DNA from: an uncultured Rhodospirillaceae bacterium
GTDB lineage: Bacteria; Pseudomonadota; Alphaproteobacteria; Rhodospirillales; Magnetospirillaceae
Length of the DNA: 64,000 bases
Reading direction: 5' to 3'
NCBI GenBank assembly: GCA_903924765.1
Contig: CAIYCT010000378.1
Location: 2,348 to 66,347, forward strand
The notes under the pieces were generated by a model. The model was not told where the DNA came from, searched no databases, and was given only the letters and a program-made list of their open reading frames with translations. Positions within the stretch are counted from its first letter, which is position 1. Every line of letters begins with the position of its first letter. The position numbers and the translations under genes are program-made. Below are positions 37,201-43,561 of this stretch, one piece after another.

Positions 37201-40200
37201 CGGGTCGACCTTGACCGTCGGCACTTTGACCTTGAGCCCGGACTCCACCGGCACGTTTAATCTGACCCCCGCCCAGGCGGCCAGCGCCACGTTGTCGCTG
37301 AACCCGCCCAAGGACTACAGCGGCCCCATCGTCCTGGAAATCGACGCCACCGCAGTTAACGGCAGCGCGGCCCCTGTCACCACCACTCAGACCATCGACG
37401 TCTCGGTCAACGGCGTGGTCCAAGGCGCAACCATCATCGCCCCCGCCAGCGTGACCGACACCCAAAACCATGCCGCCTCGATTTCGCTGCAAGTCAGCGA
37501 TTCCCATACCAGCGAAAATGTTAGTGCAGTCTCGATCACCGGCGCGCCCTCGGGCTCGACCTTGTCGGTGAGCGGACAGATCATCGCCCAAAACGCCGAT
37601 GGGTCGTTTACCCTGACGCCAACCCAGGCGGCCAGCGCGTCGTTGTCCTTGGTTCCACCCACCGATTATTCCGGCACCATGACATTGCACGTCAACGCCA
37701 CCGCCAGCATGGCCAACGCTACCGACGCCATCGCCAGCCAGACCATCACCGTCTCGGTGGGCGCGGTCACGCAAGGAGCTGCCATTTCCGCGCCACAAGC
37801 GGTGGGCATGTTCACCGGCGGCACCAGTCAATTCAGCCTGAATATCACCGATACCCATAGCCACGAATCGGTGACGGCGGTCACCATCACCGGCGCGCCT
37901 TCAGGGTCGACCTTGACCTTGGCCGGTCACACTTTGACCGCCAGCAATGGCACCTTCACCTTGTCGGCGGCTCAAGTCACAGCGTTATCGTCCGGGTCCG
38001 AGACCCTAACCGTCAAACCGCCCAGCAGCTATTCCGGCCTGTTCACCTTGCACGTGAATGCCACCACGGACGCCACCGGCGCGGCAGCGGTGACCACCAC
38101 GCAAAACATAGCGGTGGATGTCAGTTCGACCACCAGCAGCCACCATCATGGCTTTAGTAGCTCCGGCCCGCAAATCGCCTCGTTGGGCGGCACGCTGACC
38201 GATGCCGAGAACCATTCCACCTCGTTTGTCCTCAATACCACCGATACATCAAACAGTTTCTTTGGATCAGCCTCGGTGAACAGCGTCACCATCAGCGGCG
38301 CGCCGGTGGGCACCACCATGGTGGTGGACGGCGTAACCATGACCGGCACCACTGTGACCAGCGGTGGACACAGCACCGTGACCTTCACGGTTCCGTCTGG
38401 ACATTATGCCAACGGCACCGTGCAAATCACGCCGCCCACCGACTATTACGGCACCATGTCCCTGACCGTCACCGCCAAGGACACCGCCAATGCCAGCGCG
38501 ACCCAGACCATCACGCTGAACGTGACGGAAACCAGTCAAGGCGCGACCATCACCACCACCCCCAACTCGGTCAACGACACCCCCAACTCCCCGGCGACAG
38601 TGGCTTTGCATGTGACCGACAGCCATGTGGGCGAGACGGTCAGCGCCGTCACCATCTCGGGCGCTCCATCGGGATCGACCCTGACGGTGGGCGGAGCCAC
38701 GGTGACCGCCAACGCGGCAGGCGTCTTCTCGCTGACAGCGGAGCAAGTGGCCGCTGCGCAAACTGCGGGCGGCGACACGTTGCTGATTACTCCGCCGCAC
38801 AATTACACCGGCATTATGTATCTACAAGTCAACGCCACCGTGCTGAACGCTGCGGGCGGAACCGAAACCAACACCCAAGTGGTGCCCATCAACGTGGCCC
38901 AACCCACCATCGGCGCGACCATCACCGCGCCTTCCACGGTGACCGCGTCGGAAAACCACTCCACGTCGTTCTCTCTGAACGTCGCCGACAGCCATTTGGG
39001 CGAATCGGTGTCCACCGTCACCATCACCGGCGCGCCCAACGGGACCTATCTCAGCGTCGACGGTCATTATATCCACGCGTACAATAGCACCTTCACCTTG
39101 ACGGCGGCCCAAGCCAGCAACGCCACCTTGACCATCCATCCGCCCCATGATTACAACGGCGCCATGTCGCTGGTGGTACACGCCACGGCGGTCAACAGCC
39201 AGGGTGTGACCGAGACGAACACCCAGACCATCGGCGTCTCGTTCGGCGGCGTCACCCAAGGCGCCACCATCGAAGTGCCGTGGGGTCACACGATTACAGC
39301 GCAAGAAAATCACGCCATCTCTTTAAACGCTGAGATCAACGACGGGCATGGGGGAGAATCCATCACCGCCGCCAGCATCGGCGGCGCTCCTGCGGGGTCG
39401 ACCCTGACCATCGGCGGCACAATCCTCCATCAAGATGCGAGTGGAGCCTTTGCCCTGACGCCCGCCCAAGCGGCCAATGGCAACTTTATTTTGACAACGC
39501 CCACCGGCTATGTGGGCGAGGTGACCTTGACCATCAGCGCCACCGCGCAAAACGGAAGCGCGGCGGCGGTAACCTCCTCGCAAAATTTGGTGATCAACGT
39601 CCAAGATGTTGGCCCCACCGCAAGCCAGTCGCACTGTTTCTCGGTCAATACGGGCGGCATCGTCACCGAAAGCATCGGTGCCACAGGAGCCGCTGGCAAT
39701 ACCTTGTCCTATGCACTGGAAAGCGGCGAAGGCCCCAGCCATGGCTCCGTGACCTTCGATCAAAACGGCAACTTCACCTATTCGGCCAATTCCGGCTATT
39801 CCGGCACCGATCAGTTCCAAGTGGTGGTGTCTGACGGCCATGGCGGCACGGTGGTGCAAACCGAGACCGTCAACGTCATAAATCCCTTTACGCAGGAATA
39901 CGGCGACGGCTTCCACAACGCCAACGCCCATTGGAACGACGGCGTCAGCGGACACGTCTTCCGTAACGCGGGCGACGTCAACGCCACCCTTAACGCGGGC
40001 AACGGCAACAATGTCATTTACGGCAACGATGGCTCGGACGCCACCGGAGCCCACACCGTCACCATGCAGCTGCATATCACCGCCCATGTTCCCGACGAAG
40101 CCTATGGCGCAACCATGTCCTATTCGCTGGGTAATCTGCCTTCCCATACCAGCATCGTCGATGCCAGCGGCAACGCGCTTGATGCCTGCCATTTGACCAA

Positions 40201-41047
40201 CGCGCAGATTTCCGGAGGGATCTATTTGTCGTGCCCGGACAATCACATCGCCTCCAGTTTCGACCTTTCGGTGACGGCGACGGCCACCAATCATGACGGC
40301 AGCACCAATGTCTCAACCGGAACCCTGGCAGTCGACAGCACGGCCTTTGGCGGCAATGATGTGATTACCGCTGGCAGCGGCAACAACACCATCTATGGCG
40401 GCGTTGGCAACAACCTCATCACCGCCGGAGACGGCAACAATACCGTCTATGTGGAGGATGGCAACAACACCATCAGCCTGGGCCACGGCAACGACACCAT
40501 CCATGCGGGCGACGGCAACAATACCATCACCCTGGGCGAAGGCTCTGTCACTTTGGGCGATGGCAACAATAGCGTGACCTTTGACGGCGGCACGGCGGCG
40601 AACCCCTATGCTTTGACGGGAACTGTCAGCCTTGGCGAAGGCAGCAACCTGATCCATATCTCGGGGTCCGGCAGCAATGAGAATATCACCATTCTCGACA
40701 ACACCCATGCCATCGGCACCGAAACCCTGACCTTGCAACACACCGGAACCGGCAGCGGCGGTGACACCATGCTGTTCGATTTCAACGGCCATGCCATGGT
40801 GCTGAACGGCGACACCGGCGGCAACTGGACCGACACGCTGGATCTGTCCAAGCACGCGCAAGCCGGGGATTCGCTTTATGTGGTCGACAATCAAGGCCAC
40901 ACCATCAGCATCGGCGCGGGCGAGCACGGAACCATTAACCTGACCGACGGCTCTGGATCGCTGTCAAACTCAGGCCATGTCTTCACCGATTCCGCCCATC
41001 AGCATCAAGCGGTGGAATTCCACAATATCGAGAAGATCACCTACTAG
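31223..41047 (+). CDS. giant repeat-rich RTX-type adhesin (putative type I secretion substrate), main ORF
   Basis: 3274 codons. Contains 12 VCBS/Ig-like modules (xDGxYTYxxxxGFVGTDTxTF), 15 modules of a ~117-aa repeat (ENxxxxxLxVxDxHxGESVxxVTIxGAPxGSxL...ADGSFTL...PPTDYSG) and a C-terminal GxGNNTI nonapeptide block. Almost no Cys. The frame is open back to 30989, but there is no ATG/GTG and no RBS before TTG 31223. Confidence 0.85.
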   Translation: MNTVATAQAADAASNIPTANGATILNTHSHGASIDLTSTVSDTENHTATFSLSVTDSSSGEEITDVSISGAPTGTRLSIDGTLLHADGQGVFHLTAVQAASTSISILPPSNFTGEITLSVSATAHGPGTQYVTTFKDLVIDVTDTLSQTESALSTATAQSAVTGSWHINDAAGLHVTPIATADHGNVTINADGTYTYQSNSHYVGTDTIKFTATDGSGVVHTNYSTVTVTDALTQTETNPSSVTTHQAVTGSWSTTDAAGLTETPTAVAANGDVTVNADGTYTYQSHSGFVGADTITFQTTDASGVVHTNTAQVTVADALTQSETGGAGTAQAHITGSCGATDAAGLTETPTASAANGDVTVNADGTYTYQSHSGFVGADTITFQTTDASGVVHTNTAQVTVADHASIHAGNATGSLATSYGGTLTVHDSAGESLSTTASSDHGGTVNISADGHSYSYTAASGFVGSDTIHFTTTDASGVVHTATAAVTVSDAISETASNATATAQTSSQILTGHVDVTDSAGLSYNATGTSQSGAQVSVSADGSYSYTAAAGFVGTDTVTFSATDTHGVVQAATATITVSDVITDTAGDTAGDNVSVITGTFISSDAGGLDSASTLATNTVATADSGATVNVDANGHYSYTAVAGFVGTDTITFETTDSSGVVGTATATVIVTDASAGAGVDVLSSVAVNAKGSLSTSFTGLFSAHDSLGESITSIGTAGHGTVSLDGNGHYAYTAAAGFVGTDTLTFTSTNADGVVTTATAFVTVSDTLSDTATGGTSTAQHAITGSVTVTESADLSFTTHASAGHGTVSLGTNGSYTYVSNSGFVGTDTVTFTTTDAHGVIATATSQIVVTDSLSSSADNATGSLASGFTGTYAISDTASLSSTTSGTAGHGTVSVDGSGHYAYTAASGFVGTDTVTFVTTNAEGDHATTTAHVTVSDTLTESATGGTAVGQNPITGTVTVSDSAGLATSTGASAAHGAVTFGTNGAFTYESNSGFVGTDTVTFTTTDSHGVIAAATAAMVITDTITDTAGNATGTSTGSATTLTGSFQSTDAAGADTATVLDADTHATASHGTVTVNADGTYTYVSNSGYVGTDTITFSTTDSHGTTAHTTATVVVNAAATTGETIQAPSSLTTTENHSSSFTLNMVDASSNAANDTLTNVSITGAPSGTTLVVGGVTIPQNADGSFTLATDQVSNESVTVTPPTDYTGTMSLTIAATTDDGTGTLTTNTSVTALNVTAQTQGAIIVAPTSLSGTENYTTSFTLGVSDSHLNESVTGVTITGAPLGSSLTVGGETIVANADGSFTLSASQAADGSLAITPPTDYSGAMTLTVHATAQEIGATAATATQTITLTVGADTQGATITAPTTVTGAENSASTLSLNIADTHTGESVSSVTIMGAPSGSSLNVNGVVIAANADGSFTLTPAQANSGAVHLTPPTDYSGSMSLLVEATAQNGTATAVTSTQAITFDVTPVTQGATITAPATATMVENQSSSIALNVSDTHLHESVTGVTITGAPAGSSLTVGSDVVTANADGSFTLTPQQAASTSLHLTPPTDYTGAITLNVAATADATGAASTTTTTQTITVDVTGITQGATIVAPQAVGGISNSSTPFTLNVSDGHLGESVTTVTIAGAPSGTTLSVNGQAISANADGSFTLTAAQAADAGLAITPPANYVGTMNLTVAATADLTGAAPVTTSQTVSLNITAAAANGATIAGPSTAVTTENQAASVSLNVADSHTGESVSSVTIAGAPAGSILTVGGTTLIADGSGTFHLTATQASNATLSITPPTDYSGTMHLTVSATAVTGTGTTETNTHALDLTVTAVTQGASVSVPASLVTHENAATLVPLTIADTHTGESVTGVTITGAPSGSVLTVGGTAIVADASGAFHLTAAQANDSSLSIKPPTDYSGTMALHVNAVSENGSAATLTASQALNITVDPITQGATVTAPTTVAITENHAAAIPITVADTHTGESISSVTISGAPVGSTLTVGTLTLSPDSTGTFNLTPAQAASATLSLNPPKDYSGPIVLEIDATAVNGSAAPVTTTQTIDVSVNGVVQGATIIAPASVTDTQNHAASISLQVSDSHTSENVSAVSITGAPSGSTLSVSGQIIAQNADGSFTLTPTQAASASLSLVPPTDYSGTMTLHVNATASMANATDAIASQTITVSVGAVTQGAAISAPQAVGMFTGGTSQFSLNITDTHSHESVTAVTITGAPSGSTLTLAGHTLTASNGTFTLSAAQVTALSSGSETLTVKPPSSYSGLFTLHVNATTDATGAAAVTTTQNIAVDVSSTTSSHHHGFSSSGPQIASLGGTLTDAENHSTSFVLNTTDTSNSFFGSASVNSVTISGAPVGTTMVVDGVTMTGTTVTSGGHSTVTFTVPSGHYANGTVQITPPTDYYGTMSLTVTAKDTANASATQTITLNVTETSQGATITTTPNSVNDTPNSPATVALHVTDSHVGETVSAVTISGAPSGSTLTVGGATVTANAAGVFSLTAEQVAAAQTAGGDTLLITPPHNYTGIMYLQVNATVLNAAGGTETNTQVVPINVAQPTIGATITAPSTVTASENHSTSFSLNVADSHLGESVSTVTITGAPNGTYLSVDGHYIHAYNSTFTLTAAQASNATLTIHPPHDYNGAMSLVVHATAVNSQGVTETNTQTIGVSFGGVTQGATIEVPWGHTITAQENHAISLNAEINDGHGGESITAASIGGAPAGSTLTIGGTILHQDASGAFALTPAQAANGNFILTTPTGYVGEVTLTISATAQNGSAAAVTSSQNLVINVQDVGPTASQSHCFSVNTGGIVTESIGATGAAGNTLSYALESGEGPSHGSVTFDQNGNFTYSANSGYSGTDQFQVVVSDGHGGTVVQTETVNVINPFTQEYGDGFHNANAHWNDGVSGHVFRNAGDVNATLNAGNGNNVIYGNDGSDATGAHTVTMQLHITAHVPDEAYGATMSYSLGNLPSHTSIVDASGNALDACHLTNAQISGGIYLSCPDNHIASSFDLSVTATATNHDGSTNVSTGTLAVDSTAFGGNDVITAGSGNNTIYGGVGNNLITAGDGNNTVYVEDGNNTISLGHGNDTIHAGDGNNTITLGEGSVTLGDGNNSVTFDGGTAANPYALTGTVSLGEGSNLIHISGSGSNENITILDNTHAIGTETLTLQHTGTGSGGDTMLFDFNGHAMVLNGDTGGNWTDTLDLSKHAQAGDSLYVVDNQGHTISIGAGEHGTINLTDGSGSLSNSGHVFTDSAHQHQAVEFHNIEKITY
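31646..34585 (+). repeat. tandem coding repeats, family A (11 VCBS/Ig-like adhesin modules of about 86-100 aa)
   Basis: Recurrent (N/S)ADG(T/S/H)Y(T/S)Y...GFVG(T/A)DT(I/V)TF...D(A/S)(S/H)GV motif. Copies at 31991-32176 and 32249-32434 are near-identical at the DNA level (258-nt offset). Confidence 0.85.
34598..39610 (+). repeat. tandem coding repeats, family B (14 modules, ~351-nt period); one more copy lies at about 31340-31640
   Basis: Each unit starts (T/S)QGA(T/I)I.AP and contains EN....(F/L)(S/T)L.(V/I).D.H.GES(V/I)..VTI.GAP.GS.L.V.G, then ADGSFTLT..QA, then PPTDYSG(T/A)M.L.V.AT. Confidence 0.85.
40349..40590 (+). repeat. RTX-like nonapeptide (beta-roll) block with Asn at the canonical Asp position
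   Basis: GGNDVITAGSGNNTIYGGVGNNLITAGDGNNTVYVEDGNNTISLGHGNDTIHAGDGNNTITLGEGSVTLGDGNNSVTF. Confidence 0.75.
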
Positions 41048-41149
41048 GATCTGAGTTTTAAATCTTTATGACATTCACGATATAACGCTGATCCAATTGG
41101 AATTTGCGTGTAGTAAGAACGTAAGTTTTAAAGAGGGTATCCGCGAATA

Positions 41150-42178
41150 ATGACCACATCCGTTTCCAACGCAGGCACCGAGCCAGGACTGCGTTTCGCA
41201 ATGTTGATTGGCCCCAATGGCACCACGTCTGAATTGGGATGGGAAGACCTGAAGAAATGGAAACCGGAAGACGGTTTCCTGTGGGTCCATTTGGAACGCG
41301 ATCACCCCGTCACCCACCAATGGCTCTTGGAGCATGCGGGGCTGGACCCGCTGATTGCTCACGCCCTGGCGGCTGAGGAATCTCGGCCCCGTGTAGAAGA
41401 TGTGGACGACGCCTTGCTGGTGGTTTTGCGCGGCGTCAACACCAAATCGCACGATCATGGCAGTTTGCCCGAAGACGACGTCGAACTGGTGCCTCTGCAC
41501 ATTTGGAGCGATGGTTCCCGCTGCATCACCTTACGCGACAAGGACCACACGTTGGAGGCCCTGCGCGATCTTCGCATGTTGCTGTTAAGTGGCAAAGGTC
41601 CACGCGACGCCGGGTCAATATTGGCCCGCATCGCCGAAAAAGTCGTCGATCACTTGGGCGATTTGGTGACCATCGTGGAAGAAGAACTCTCGGGTTTGGA
41701 AGATTTGATTTCGTCCAATGAAACCCAAAAAGAAACCCGTCACGACGTCACAGAAATGCGTCGCCGCATCGTTCTGTTCCGGCGCTTCATGGCACCGCAG
41801 CGCGAGGCCATGTATCGTCTGCGCCAAGATGATGCGACCTGGCTGAATGTAGAAGCCAAGATGCGCTTAAGAGAAGTCAATGATCGGCTCAACCGCCAAT
41901 TGGACGATCTGGACGAAATGCGTCAACGAGCCACCTTGTTGCATGAGGAAATAGACGCCAAGACGGCAGAGATGATCAATCGCAACACCTTCATCATGTC
42001 CATTGTCAGTGTCATCATGCTGCCCATTACCTTCATCACCGGCTTCTTCGGCATGAATACCGGCGGATTGCCGTTCAATTCCGAAGACCAGACCGGCACT
42101 CTGACGGCAGGTTGGATCATCATCGCCACCGGCATCCTGACCATATTAGCTCTGATTTATATGCTGCGACGCCGCTAG
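41150..42178 (+). CDS. zntB: CorA-superfamily zinc transporter ZntB-like
   Basis: 342 aa. AAEESRPRVEDV resembles the ZntB N-domain motif. C-terminal two TM segments with GFFGMNTGGLPF (GMN motif). Confidence 0.75.
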   Translation: MTTSVSNAGTEPGLRFAMLIGPNGTTSELGWEDLKKWKPEDGFLWVHLERDHPVTHQWLLEHAGLDPLIAHALAAEESRPRVEDVDDALLVVLRGVNTKSHDHGSLPEDDVELVPLHIWSDGSRCITLRDKDHTLEALRDLRMLLLSGKGPRDAGSILARIAEKVVDHLGDLVTIVEEELSGLEDLISSNETQKETRHDVTEMRRRIVLFRRFMAPQREAMYRLRQDDATWLNVEAKMRLREVNDRLNRQLDDLDEMRQRATLLHEEIDAKTAEMINRNTFIMSIVSVIMLPITFITGFFGMNTGGLPFNSEDQTGTLTAGWIIIATGILTILALIYMLRRR

Positions 42179-42184
42179 AAAGAC

Positions 42185-42215
42185 AAAAAAAGGGGGCGGA
42201 CTTCCTGCCGCCCCC
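42185..42215. terminator. bidirectional Rho-independent terminator between zntB-like (+) and the ABC operon (-)
   Basis: A7-GGGGGCGG-acttcctg-CCGCCCCC-tcttc. On the - strand the stem is followed by T7. Confidence 0.75.
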
Positions 42216-42239
42216 TCTTCAATTCTTGACGAAGAACGC

Positions 42240-43547
42240 TTAAGCGTCGGCCATTTCAAGGCTGAGCACGCCGCTGTCATAATCATACGAGAACAGTTCG
42301 GCATAACGAGCCCAATTGATGGCCGTATCCAAGATCTCGGACGCGTCTTCGGGATTCACTTGGTCCTGCAACTCGGCCAAGAACCGGCTTTCATGCGCAT
42401 TGTGGTCCTGACGCTCGCGCAGGACCTGAAGGATGTGACCAATCAACGGCACATGTTGAACCACATGCTGACCGAAAATGCTCTTGCGATCGGGAATGTC
42501 CGCGTTGTGGAAGCCTAACGCCTCGGGGGTCAGGGTAATCGTGGTGTCTTCGAACGTGGTGAAGCCCAGCAATTGCAACCCTTCGGCCAACTGCAACAGG
42601 GTGTCCAGCGCCAACCCTTCGCTCTCCTCCAACTCGGCCAAGTCCGCCGTTCCATTGAAGGGGGCGGAATCGATGGCGTCGATCAAACCCAATAACGGCT
42701 GCACGTAGATTTTCGGCAGACGATACGCGATGCCGATTTGGGCGTCATGTTTGCGCTCGGTCGTGTGCGCTCGCGCCATGCCGATGGCCAACTGACGATA
42801 GATGTCGTCGACGATATCCTTGAACGCCTCACTCTCGCGATCCCTCGGATGCGGCAAAGTAATGTGGATATCCGTGCGGACCCGTCCAGGGTGAGCCGAC
42901 AAGACCACGATGCGATCGGAAACCTCGACCGCTTCCTGGATATTGTGCGAAACGAAGACAATGCCGCGCGTGGGGATTTTCTTTTCAGTCCACAAATCCA
43001 TCAAGTCGCCGCGCAAGATTTCCGCCGTCAGCACGTCCAAGGCGGAGAACGGTTCGTCCAGCAACAGCAAATCCGGATTCACCACCAAGGCCCGGGCAAA
43101 GCCCACGCGCTGGCGCATACCGCCGGACAATTCCTTGGGATAGGCGTTTTCGAAACCGTCAAGACCGATCAGCTCAATGGCTTTCAGCGCCCGGCTGTTG
43201 CGCTCGGCCAAACCGACGCCTTGCGCCTCTAGGCCGAACGCGACGTTTTCAAGAACCGTCAACCACGGAAACAGCGCGAAGCTTTGAAACACCATGGCGA
43301 TACCCGGCATCGGGCCGGTCACCGGATTTCCGCGGTACAGAACCTCGCCGTCCGAAGCCGGAACAAGACCTGCGATGATTCGCAAGAGGGTGGACTTGCC
43401 ACAGCCCGATTGGCCCAAAATGGCGACGATTTCGCCATCGCCAATGGTCAGATCAACGCCGTCGAGCACTTTCGGCATGGTGGAATCCAGAACGCCATAA
43501 GACTTTACGACGTTTTTCAGGATCATGGGAGCAACTGTCATATCCAT
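42240..43547 (-). CDS. ABC transporter ATP-binding protein (nitrate/sulfonate/bicarbonate-type) with C-terminal accessory domain
   Basis: Walker A GQSGCGKST, signature LSGGMRQR, Walker B LLLLDEPFS and a ~190-aa C-terminal extension. ATG 43547 is preceded by AAGGGGA. Confidence 0.9.
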   Translation of the reverse strand: MDMTVAPMILKNVVKSYGVLDSTMPKVLDGVDLTIGDGEIVAILGQSGCGKSTLLRIIAGLVPASDGEVLYRGNPVTGPMPGIAMVFQSFALFPWLTVLENVAFGLEAQGVGLAERNSRALKAIELIGLDGFENAYPKELSGGMRQRVGFARALVVNPDLLLLDEPFSALDVLTAEILRGDLMDLWTEKKIPTRGIVFVSHNIQEAVEVSDRIVVLSAHPGRVRTDIHITLPHPRDRESEAFKDIVDDIYRQLAIGMARAHTTERKHDAQIGIAYRLPKIYVQPLLGLIDAIDSAPFNGTADLAELEESEGLALDTLLQLAEGLQLLGFTTFEDTTITLTPEALGFHNADIPDRKSIFGQHVVQHVPLIGHILQVLRERQDHNAHESRFLAELQDQVNPEDASEILDTAINWARYAELFSYDYDSGVLSLEMADA

Positions 43548-43561
43548 TTTATTCCCCTTGT

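Noticed and set aside
35924-37864. 646-codon minus-strand ORF inside the giant adhesin gene, plus many 60-390-codon antisense ORFs between 31.0 and 41.0 kb
   Set aside because: These are antisense shadows of a long stop-poor repeat gene. The translations are Gly/Arg/Asp-rich and mirror the repeat periodicity, and no independent start or RBS evidence exists.
31223-41047. Regularly spaced repeats that might be mistaken for a CRISPR array or a non-coding satellite
   Set aside because: The repeats are 258-351 nt and in frame. They are conserved at the amino-acid level with synonymous divergence, and they lie within one continuous ORF, so they are coding tandem repeats.
41048-41149. AT-rich gap after the adhesin gene with the repeated AGTTTTAAA (41054 and 41123) as a possible Zur box or terminator
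   Set aside because: It has no dyad symmetry, no stem-loop and no T-tract. Two 9-mers in AT-rich DNA are not enough to call a site.
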